Of a DNA stretch of 32,000 nucleotides, positions 1 to 6,818 are shown piece by piece. Every line of letters begins with the position of its first letter. Within the stretch, counting starts at the first letter, position 1. The stretch spans positions 810,001 to 842,000 of the forward strand of contig CP066689.1 in assembly GCA_016432445.1 (NCBI GenBank), written 5' to 3'. The translations under genes and the position numbers were made by a program. Origin of the DNA: Candidatus Saccharimonadota bacterium. GTDB taxonomy: Bacteria; Patescibacteriota; Microgenomatia; UBA1406; GWC2-37-13. The notes under the pieces are model-generated. The model searched no databases, was not told the origin of the DNA, and saw nothing but the letters and a program-made list of their open reading frames with translations.

Positions 1-1016
1 TCTGCCGTATCTGTTGTAAAGATTGATGCATACACCATGGGATTTATCTTCTTGTACCCTGAAACCACCTGGGATCTTCCTTTTTCATCAACTATGGTGT
101 CTCCAACTCTTACCTCGTGAATATCTTTCAAGTTTGTAACCACATATCCTATCTGACCGCTGTCTAAAGTTTCAGTTGCCTGAAGCTCAGGATTAAACAT
201 TCCCACTTCCTGGATCTCAAAATGAAGGCCATTTGAATGCAACTGGACTTTTTGGCTCTTTTTTAAACTCCCTTCAAAAACCCTTACAAATGCAATCACC
301 CCGCGGTGAGAGTCGTAATATGAGTCAAAGATCAAAGATCGAAAATTAGCGGGTGTCGCGAGTTCAGGGCTCCCATCAGCGTGGACCCCGACGTTTTGTC
401 GGGGGAACCCTGATGGGAAAAAACGAGCGACAGGCCCCGCTAACGGTGCGGGTATTTTCTCAAAAACAGCTTTCAAAAGCTTCTCAACATTTTCTCCAGT
501 TTTAGCTGAGATCTCAAAGATATCTTTTTCAGGAATTCCCAGAAAATCAATTAACTGTTGCTTAGTCTTATTAACATCGGCATTAGGCAAATCTATTTTA
601 TTGATAACCGGGATTATTACCAGATTTTTCTCCAAAGCTTTATAGGCATTAGCGATCGTCTGCGCTTGTATACCTTGGGTGGCATCAACCAATAAGATCA
701 CCCCTTCAACACAGGCTAAAGTACGATCTACCTCATAGGAGAAATCCACATGACCAGGAGTATCAATCAGATTCAGAATAAATTCTGAATCTAAGATCTC
801 AGATCTTAGATCTTGGATCTTCGAAGTGTATCTCATCCTCACTGGTGCCAACTTGATGGTAATGCCTCTTTCCCTTGATATTGGATTCCGGTCAAGCATC
901 TGATCTTCATGGCCGCCAGCTTTTACCAAACCGGTTATTTCCAATAAACGATCTGCCAAGGTCGATTTTCCATGGTCAATATGGGCAATAATGGCAAAAT
1001 TACGGATGTTTGTCAT
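1..1016 (-). CDS. lepA: Translation elongation factor 4 (LepA/EF4), N-terminal ~338 codons. The 3' end runs off the left edge. It is absent from the supplied ORF track, presumably because no stop codon lies in the window.
   Basis: Manual reverse-complement translation from the ATG at 1016..1014 gives MTNIRNFAIIAHIDHGKSTLADRLLE...RERGITIK...LNLIDTPGHVDFSYEV...LLVDATQGIQAQT...INKIDLP...LIFDSYYDSHRGVIAFVRVFEG. The GTPase motifs G1 (AHIDHGKST), G3 (DTPGH) and G4 (NKID) are present, as is the LepA-typical FDSxYDxxRGV domain II start. The frame stays open down to position 1. Confidence 0.92.
   Translation of the reverse strand, partial: MTNIRNFAIIAHIDHGKSTLADRLLEITGLVKAGGHEDQMLDRNPISRERGITIKLAPVRMRYTSKIQDLRSEILDSEFILNLIDTPGHVDFSYEVDRTLACVEGVILLVDATQGIQAQTIANAYKALEKNLVIIPVINKIDLPNADVNKTKQQLIDFLGIPEKDIFEISAKTGENVEKLLKAVFEKIPAPLAGPVARFFPSGFPRQNVGVHADGSPELATPANFRSLIFDSYYDSHRGVIAFVRVFEGSLKKSQKVQLHSNGLHFEIQEVGMFNPELQATETLDSGQIGYVVTNLKDIHEVRVGDTIVDEKGRSQVVSGYKKINPMVYASIFTTDTA
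349..440. repeat. GC-rich (~60% GC) nested imperfect hairpin/palindromic element lying in frame inside lepA.
   Basis: Pairings read directly from the sequence. Inner stem: 386-392 CCCCGAC with 398-404 GTCGGGG, loop GTTTT. Middle stem: 372-379 CCCATCAG with 410-417 CTGATGGG. Outer stem: 349-353 GCGGG and 354-359 TGTCGC with 427-432 GCGACA and 436-440 CCCGC, with a 3-nt bulge. The element encodes roughly PVARFFPSGFPRQNVGVHADGSPEL, which has no counterpart between the IPAP and LIFDS landmarks of canonical LepA. Confidence 0.75.
793..820. repeat. Tandem heptamer repeat (N-AGATCT) x4 inside lepA.
   Basis: AGATCT occurs at 794-799, 801-806 and 808-813, and GGATCT at 815-820, an exact 7-nt period. 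It is preceded by a 9-bp inverted repeat, ATTCAGAAT (771-779) / ATTCTGAAT (782-790). The region encodes the extra residues KIQDLRSEILDSE just upstream of LNLIDTPGH. Confidence 0.8.
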
Positions 1017-1020
1017 AATA

Positions 1021-1078
1021 GTTATGGGTTATGAGTTATGAGTTTTGGGCCCAAAACCCAGAACCCATCACTCATCAC
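1021..1078. repeat. 58-nt imperfect inverted repeat built from 4+4 heptamers (consensus GTNNTGR), centred on the perfect 16-nt palindrome GTTTTGGGCCCAAAAC (1042-1057). It lies in the lepA leader / divergent intergenic region.
   Basis: Left arm: GTTATGG GTTATGA GTTATGA GTTTTGG. Reverse complement of the right arm: GTGATGA GTGATGG GTTCTGG GTTTTGG. 23 of 29 arm positions are complementary. The structure ends 5 nt from the lepA ATG. Confidence 0.8.
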
Positions 1079-1086
1079 GCTTATAG

Positions 1087-1095
1087 ATTATATCA
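1087..1095 (-). promoter_or_regulatory. Candidate extended -10 promoter (TGATATAAT on the minus strand) for the lepA leader. A second copy, TGATATAAA, lies at 1097-1105.
   Basis: The reverse complement of plus-strand ATTATATCA (1087-1095) is TGATATAAT, matching TGnTATAAT. It sits just upstream of the heptamer palindrome. No experimental support. Confidence 0.35.
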
Positions 1096-1135
1096 ATTTA
1101 TATCAAAAACGCTACCCTGATCTAATCTGGAAGAG

Positions 1136-1945
1136 TTGACAACGGAAACCAAAAAAGTTATTATTAAAATAAGTATGGAAATTTCAAAAAGTGGAGAAAA
1201 CTTAGGATTACAAAGTAGTCCTCTCGAAAGAAAAATAGCAATGGCAACAAGGTTTCTTGGTCAAATGGCAGATTTTACATCTGCGGGAATTACAGAAGAA
1301 CAAGTTATAGCCGCCGCAGAAAATGCAAAAGCAAGAATAAGACGTGAATATGAAGAAGAAGCACGCAAGGATGCTTTATTAAGAGTACAGGAAGCGTTAT
1401 TTAATTCTGCCCAGACACCAGAAGAAAGAGCCGTTGCCGGAAGATCAGCCGAGGTAATGGAAACTCAAAGAGTAAACTGGAGAAACCAGATTGAAGAAGC
1501 AAAAAAAAGATTAGGTCCGGATGCCGATTTTAACCAACTGGTTAAAAATGTAGTTGAAAGAAATCTTAGGCCAACTTTTACCTCGGATGGAGGAGTACTT
1601 TTTTATGCTATGGTTGACGCTGTTTGGAAAGATGGTCTCCCTACATTAAGACCATCTGAGGAATATCGAGAGAGAGTTTTAAAAGCGCTTGGAGTATTAG
1701 ATGAAGATCAACCAATCGATTCTTTAGTTAATCTTCCAAAAGAAGGAAAACCGCAATTTTTTTCTCAAGGAAATCGCACCGGAATTGCTAAACACTTACC
1801 TAACTTTATTGAAGATACTACAATATCGGTTTTTATTGACAGGACTTATCCAAGAATAGACTTACTAGCAAATCTTAGTGCCTTGTCAAAAATAGTCAAC
1901 TTTCACCCAGAGCCTAAAATACCTCATATTGAAGAAGCTAAGTAA
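1136..1945 (+). CDS. Hypothetical protein with no recognisable family. The N-terminal half is Glu/Lys/Arg/Ala-rich and probably helical.
   Basis: Long ORF with coding-like composition. The track start is TTG at 1136, and the first in-frame ATG is at 1175, so the start is uncertain. I recognise no motifs. Confidence 0.55.
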   Translation: MTTETKKVIIKISMEISKSGENLGLQSSPLERKIAMATRFLGQMADFTSAGITEEQVIAAAENAKARIRREYEEEARKDALLRVQEALFNSAQTPEERAVAGRSAEVMETQRVNWRNQIEEAKKRLGPDADFNQLVKNVVERNLRPTFTSDGGVLFYAMVDAVWKDGLPTLRPSEEYRERVLKALGVLDEDQPIDSLVNLPKEGKPQFFSQGNRTGIAKHLPNFIEDTTISVFIDRTYPRIDLLANLSALSKIVNFHPEPKIPHIEEAK

Positions 1946-2034
1946 GCTTTTCTTACCAAAAAATCATCGCTTGAAATTGAGGCTATTTTTTCTTAAAATT
2001 AAGTCTCTCACAAATTTTCTTCTTATTTTTTCTT

Positions 2035-3345
2035 ATGGAAAATATAGCCAAAAAAACACTGGAAGAATTAGTCACCTGGGACGGCATCTATGCTTCATCC
2101 GCAAAAGGACTTGAGGGTTCGTACTATGCATTTTTTGGACGTGACAGTGCTGAGGTCACCAACTCTATCCTGCAGGCTGCCAAAATTGAAGGCAATCTTC
2201 AAAACAACGAGCTTCTCAAACGGGCCACCAAAGGTCTTTTGAAGTTAACCCAATGGCAAGGCACTCATGATGACCCACAAAGCGGTATGCAAAAAGGTAA
2301 ATTTCCCCATGAGGTCAGAACGGATTCTAGATTCTATACTCATCTTACCACCCAAAGAATAAAGAATGGCCAAAAATCATGGTATGTTGACCCTCAAGAC
2401 CACTTTATGAAAAACTGGGATAGTAATGACTCCACTCCTTTCATAACCAGCGTTCTTTTAAGGCTGCATGAGGAAAAAATGCTGGATATAAAAGATGAAA
2501 TTGTCATGAGATTAAGAAATGCTTTGGAGTGGTGCATAAGAAACATTAACGAACACAAAGGCTTTGCGGGATTTTCCAAAAACGATGACCGCCATTGGGA
2601 CGGATTAACCAACCACAGCTGGAAAGACAGCAACAAATCTTACCTTCTTTACAACGGAGAGATGCCTGTTCATCCAATTCACGACGTTCTAGTTAATGCT
2701 CACATGTGGGAAGCTTTAAAAAGAGGCGCCGGTTTCTTCTCGTCTATTGATCCAGGTTTTACTCAAACCTTAAACTTTGAAGCTCAAGCTTTAAAAACTC
2801 GCTTTAATGATCTTGAGAATGGATTTTTGATCTTTGATCAGGATACCTCGCTGTATTATTTTGCTGAAGCCAAAGACGGAGCAGGCAGCCGATTAACTAA
2901 CATCTCAGCTGATCCGGCTATGGCTCTTTCCTGTTACTTTAATAATGAAAGTATTATTGATAATAAATATATCCCTGATGTTGTCAAAAGAGTCCTTATG
3001 CCTGATATGTTTGACGCTCAAGCGGGAGTAAGAACTTACAGTTCTTTAAAAGGGCCATATGACGAAGACGGAGGTTATCACCGCGGTCCAAATACTTTCT
3101 GGCCTTTTGTTTCAGGAAGAGTAGGGGAGGGCTTGAATAATTTTCAGTTTACCAAAGAAGCTTTATCTGTTCTTACTGCTATGACTCAAGGAGTCTCAAA
3201 ATTCGGTTCCTGCATTGAGCTTTTCTTAAAAAATGACCAAGACTATATAAGATTTAAAGAACCAACAAGCGGACAATTAAGCTGTACTGACCAAGCCTGG
3301 ACTGCCGCCCGACTTTATTATGCCGCAAAATATCTTCATCACTAA
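2035..3345 (+). CDS. Glycogen-debranching-enzyme-like (alpha/alpha)6 glycoside hydrolase (amylo-alpha-1,6-glucosidase / GDE_C family).
   Basis: Family-typical motifs are present: YYAFFGRDS, GKFPHEVR, DSTPF, WKDS, AGVRTYS, YHRGPNTFWPFVSG and DQAWTAA. Confidence 0.75.
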   Translation: MENIAKKTLEELVTWDGIYASSAKGLEGSYYAFFGRDSAEVTNSILQAAKIEGNLQNNELLKRATKGLLKLTQWQGTHDDPQSGMQKGKFPHEVRTDSRFYTHLTTQRIKNGQKSWYVDPQDHFMKNWDSNDSTPFITSVLLRLHEEKMLDIKDEIVMRLRNALEWCIRNINEHKGFAGFSKNDDRHWDGLTNHSWKDSNKSYLLYNGEMPVHPIHDVLVNAHMWEALKRGAGFFSSIDPGFTQTLNFEAQALKTRFNDLENGFLIFDQDTSLYYFAEAKDGAGSRLTNISADPAMALSCYFNNESIIDNKYIPDVVKRVLMPDMFDAQAGVRTYSSLKGPYDEDGGYHRGPNTFWPFVSGRVGEGLNNFQFTKEALSVLTAMTQGVSKFGSCIELFLKNDQDYIRFKEPTSGQLSCTDQAWTAARLYYAAKYLHH

Positions 3346-4331
3346 CCTTTTATTAGCTTTTCAAGTTCTGAGAATGTCGTTTGACCTCTAAAAAATTTAT
3401 TTAATAGAAACAAAAACGGATATTTTTTAAGATCAGTTATCTTGTGAATCATCTTCACAGTACTTACTCCTTCAACTGTTTTATTTTCCATTAATTTCAA
3501 CGTCTCTTCCAATGAATGACCTTTTCCCAAAAGATAGCCAAATTCCTTATTCCTAGTCTTGCCAACGCAACTTAACCAAATGTCTCCACCCCAACACGGA
3601 TTCCAAAGTGAGAAAGTCTCAGTTTTACCACCAAGCTCATTAACAACTAATTTTTCAACATCCCAAATCGCCCGGGTCACAATATATGACTCTGACCCAA
3701 CCGGCATACCTATACCCTGAATTATTCCGGCAAAAAGCGAAATTATATTTTTAAAGGCGCAGGCATACTCAACGCTGACTAAATCAGTAGTCGGATATAT
3801 TGCTAACTTCTCATCATAAAACAGCTTCGTCAATTCGCTTAAAACTTTCTTATCGCCACTTGCAATATTTACGCCTAAGGGGTAACCATCAACCATATCG
3901 CGGGCTAGTGTCCCGCCCGTAATTAAAGCGTAAGATATTTTTTTTCCTTCTAAAACTTCTGAAGTTATTTGAGAAAAGCGTTTTCCCGTTTCCTGATGTA
4001 AAGCTTTAGTTGTATTTATTATTGTCAGACGTTTAGTTAAAAAAGGTTTAATATTATTAAGCACTTCATATACGGCAGACGAAGAAACTGCCAACACTAA
4101 ATAATCAGTATCTTTTAAAAACTCTGTTAGATTATCGGTTATTAGAACATTTTTTGAGAAACAGGTAGCGTGAGGATAAAGAGGGTGTTTACGGTGTAAA
4201 GATAAATGATCAACCAGTTCCTGCCTCCTGGCATAGCCTGTCAATTCATATTCGCCCTTATTCTTTCTATCCAGATGCTTTAAAATGGCGTAACCGAAAT
4301 TTCCTAACCCCAATATTTTTACTTGTTTCAT
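3342..4331 (-). CDS. gpsA: NAD(P)H-dependent glycerol-3-phosphate dehydrogenase.
   Basis: N-terminal Rossmann motif KILGLGNFGYA. Collinear with E. coli GpsA blocks recalled from memory: TKALHQETGK, ITGGTLARDM, AFKNIISLFAGIIQGIG and GDIWLSC..TRNKEFGYLLGKG..VEGVSTVK. Confidence 0.85.
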   Translation of the reverse strand: MKQVKILGLGNFGYAILKHLDRKNKGEYELTGYARRQELVDHLSLHRKHPLYPHATCFSKNVLITDNLTEFLKDTDYLVLAVSSSAVYEVLNNIKPFLTKRLTIINTTKALHQETGKRFSQITSEVLEGKKISYALITGGTLARDMVDGYPLGVNIASGDKKVLSELTKLFYDEKLAIYPTTDLVSVEYACAFKNIISLFAGIIQGIGMPVGSESYIVTRAIWDVEKLVVNELGGKTETFSLWNPCWGGDIWLSCVGKTRNKEFGYLLGKGHSLEETLKLMENKTVEGVSTVKMIHKITDLKKYPFLFLLNKFFRGQTTFSELEKLIKG

Positions 4332-4421
4332 AAATTATGCTTAATAAGAAAGCGCTTGTGACAAAAGGTCAGTTTACCAATAATCTTTTTCCTATGCAAA
4401 CTGTTTTAGTATACTTTATGA

Positions 4422-5690
4422 ATGCGAATTTTCGTAAAAAAACTTTGGAGCAATGAGTTTTATAAAGGCGGACTATTTCTAACCATAGCATCTTTCATCG
4501 GGAATATTCTTAATTATTTTTTTAATATTCTCGTCGGAAGGACACTGGGACCTCCGGGTTTTGGTGAAATATCAACTCTTTTTTCTTATATTGCCTTAAC
4601 TTCAATTCCTCTCACTATTCTTTCAACAATAATTATTCAAAAAATAAGTTCAGCTGAAGAAAATAGTTTTGCTATAACACGCTCTATAGAAGATTACTTT
4701 TTAGTCAAAATTAAAAGATGGTTTTTCCTTATTATCTTTTTAGTTATTTTCATCCCATTTATACCGCAAGTTACTAATCTTACATTAGTAACTTCTTATA
4801 GTTTAATTCCGTTCATTTTATTATCTTTTTTAACTTCATTTTATGGCGCCGCTCTGCAAGGACTGCGCTTGTTTTTTTTATTAGCCATTATAGGATTAGG
4901 CAGTAGTTTATTTAAGCTATTGGGAGCTATTCTTGTTTACGCCGGAATTGATGGGTTAACAACAATTATTTCTTTTATATTTATATCTGTCTTAATCAAT
5001 TTATTAGCCAGCATCTATATTATTCACCGAAACGTATACAGAAAAATGCCTGATAAATTTTTTCCTAAAATTAATAAAAGAATTTTGCATGTTATTAGAG
5101 AAAAACAATTTATTATCACAACCTTTTCGATTATAGGTATAACTTTATTCAGCACTATTGATATTGTTTTTGTTAAAAAATTTTTTACTGCTGAACAGGC
5201 TGGAATTTATAGCTCATGGTCTCTTTTTGCTAAACTTATTTTATATGTTTTAGGTCCTATAAACTCACTTGCGCTCGTTTTCTTTTCCGGTAAAAAAAAC
5301 TTAACACAGCAAGATCGAGTCCTTTCGATTACATTATTAGTTTTAGTTTTTATCAGTTTCGTCAGTTTTGTCTTCTATACAACATTCGCTCCTTTTGTTG
5401 TTAATTTATTTTTTGGATCTAAATTTTATGCAGTTATTCCTATTTTAGGTACAGCCAGCATCTTTGGATTTTTTTTCACTGTTATTTCATTTGTGAACAG
5501 CTATTTCTTGGCCAAAAACAGTTATTTATCACTTACTTTAGCCTTTGCCATGCCTTTATATATAGTATTTTTATTTATATTGCCAAGGGAGTTAAATGCA
5601 GTTATTCAACTGAATATAATTTTCTTTGGAATAGTTACTCTTCTTTACCTTTTTGGTTATTTTAGGAGTAAAAGTCGCTCTACACTTTAA
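4422..5690 (+). CDS. Oligosaccharide/polysaccharide flippase (Wzx-like, MOP superfamily).
   Basis: 422 aa and almost entirely hydrophobic, with ~12 predicted TM segments by eye. The N-terminus (LTIASFIGNILNYFFNILVGRTLGPPGFGE) is typical of the Polysacc_synt family. Confidence 0.65.
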   Translation: MRIFVKKLWSNEFYKGGLFLTIASFIGNILNYFFNILVGRTLGPPGFGEISTLFSYIALTSIPLTILSTIIIQKISSAEENSFAITRSIEDYFLVKIKRWFFLIIFLVIFIPFIPQVTNLTLVTSYSLIPFILLSFLTSFYGAALQGLRLFFLLAIIGLGSSLFKLLGAILVYAGIDGLTTIISFIFISVLINLLASIYIIHRNVYRKMPDKFFPKINKRILHVIREKQFIITTFSIIGITLFSTIDIVFVKKFFTAEQAGIYSSWSLFAKLILYVLGPINSLALVFFSGKKNLTQQDRVLSITLLVLVFISFVSFVFYTTFAPFVVNLFFGSKFYAVIPILGTASIFGFFFTVISFVNSYFLAKNSYLSLTLAFAMPLYIVFLFILPRELNAVIQLNIIFFGIVTLLYLFGYFRSKSRSTL

Positions 5691-6129
5691 TTCTAAAGCG
5701 CTTAACTGACTTTTTACCAGAAAGCAGTTGTGATACAACCTCCAGTTTCATGCCTGTTATACCAGTGTGATATCTGCAGACACCTGAGGAACAGGTGCCA
5801 AAAAGCAGTTCTCGAGTAGCATTTCCTGCGGATACATCAACTGAGCCGCCCGCGCCTTCGGCTTTACCATTAGTTTCATAAGTTAAGGTATAAGAAACAT
5901 CAGTAGCATTTTTAAGATTATTAAAATAAACATTTAAAGCTTGCCTGTCTCCTCTGAAGCGGGCAGATACAGATATCCCAACTGGTGCCGCATAGCTTTT
6001 ACTGACTGCCTTTCCAGCCGTTTTATATCTAGGCAATACTTTAGCCTCTGTTGTCGAAACAAATACAAACAAACCTAAAATAACTAATCCTAAAATATTA
6101 ATAAATTTAATCATGATTAATTTCATCAT
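5680..6129 (-). CDS. Small secreted hypothetical protein with a signal peptide.
   Basis: The start is trimmed to the in-frame ATG pair at 6129/6126, giving MMKLIMIKFINILGLVILGLFVFVSTTEA|KV, a classic signal peptide. The track start at 6153 would overlap the neighbouring promoter. The mature domain is unrecognised. Confidence 0.5.
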   Translation of the reverse strand: MMKLIMIKFINILGLVILGLFVFVSTTEAKVLPRYKTAGKAVSKSYAAPVGISVSARFRGDRQALNVYFNNLKNATDVSYTLTYETNGKAEGAGGSVDVSAGNATRELLFGTCSSGVCRYHTGITGMKLEVVSQLLSGKKSVKRFRIKV

Positions 6130-6146
6130 AACAAAAAAAAATATTG

Positions 6147-6171
6147 TTGACAATAGGAAACATGATATAAT
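6147..6171 (+). promoter_or_regulatory. Candidate promoter for the 6181 operon: TTGACA (6147-6152) plus the extended -10 TGATATAAT (6163-6171).
   Basis: Both hexamers match the consensus exactly, but the spacer is only 13 nt, so the extended -10 would have to carry the activity. The -10 ends 9 nt before the ATG at 6181. Confidence 0.4.
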
Positions 6172-6180
6172 AATTTACTT

Positions 6181-6807
6181 ATGAATAAAAAAACAGCAAT
6201 TGTCATAATTGGAGGTATTATAGTAGCGGTTTTAGTTATTTTAGCTCTGTCAAAAAATTCAAAACAAAAAACTGAATCTTCAGTGCTTAAAAATGAGCTT
6301 ACTTCAGAAGAGATTGCGCCTTCCGCCCAAACAAAGGAATATATAGATCCTGCAGGTTTTAAATTTTCCTATCCTTCGGATTTAAGCGTAGAAAAAAAGG
6401 ATACTGATAATAAAGACAGCTATTCTTTTTTATCGTTAACATCTGAACAATATTCAGGTACATTATCACTTAATGCTGTTGCCACGGAAGCTGCCGTTTT
6501 GGATGATCTGATGAAGAATAATAAAGAACTGCAAAATAATAATATTAAAAAGATAAAGGTCGCAGATCTGAATGCCTTACAATATGAATTAGGTAATAAA
6601 ATAATCACTTTAGCTTTGGATAAAGGCGTTTTATTTACAATAACTTCTGTCTTTCCAGAACAAAAGAAATACTGGAGCAAAGCCCATGAAAAAATAATTC
6701 AATCATTTGCATTTACCCCGCCTGCGAATAATTCTGGTAGCACTTCCCCAGGTAATGCCGCCGCAGATGACAGTATTTCATATGAAGGTGAAGAAATTAT
6801 TGAATAA
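6181..6807 (+). CDS. Membrane-anchored hypothetical protein with an N-terminal TM helix and a Ser/Thr/Pro/Asn-rich acidic tail.
   Basis: The N-terminus MNKKTAIVIIGGIIVAVLVILAL forms a single anchor. The remainder is soluble with no recognised motif. Confidence 0.55.
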   Translation: MNKKTAIVIIGGIIVAVLVILALSKNSKQKTESSVLKNELTSEEIAPSAQTKEYIDPAGFKFSYPSDLSVEKKDTDNKDSYSFLSLTSEQYSGTLSLNAVATEAAVLDDLMKNNKELQNNNIKKIKVADLNALQYELGNKIITLALDKGVLFTITSVFPEQKKYWSKAHEKIIQSFAFTPPANNSGSTSPGNAAADDSISYEGEEIIE

Positions 6808-6818
6808 TTTATCTTCAA

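Noticed and set aside
349-441. The GC-rich hairpin in lepA as a tRNA, other embedded ncRNA gene, or intron/intein.
   Set aside because: It has no acceptor/T-arm geometry or conserved tRNA loops. It is far too short for a group I/II intron or an intein. The lepA frame reads straight through it, so an in-frame palindromic insertion is the simpler description.
1946-2034. Possible intrinsic terminator after the hypothetical gene (GCUU...GAGGC followed by UAUUUUUU around 1964-1990).
   Set aside because: The stem is only ~4 bp including a G-U pair, which is too weak to call.
1929-2114. Track ORF of 61 aa bridging the intergenic region and the 5' end of the GDE-like gene.
   Set aside because: It is out of frame with, and overlaps, a well-supported gene. 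The peptide (KLRLFFLKIKS...) is low-complexity and typical of AT-rich off-frame translation.
2394-2636. Antisense 80-aa ORF inside the GDE-like gene.
   Set aside because: It lies entirely within a motif-supported CDS on the opposite strand and has no recognisable motif.
6420-6680. Antisense 86-aa ORF inside the 6181-6807 gene.
   Set aside because: Shadow ORF on the opposite strand with no motifs. I kept the sense ORF because it has a start codon next to a promoter-like element and a TM anchor.
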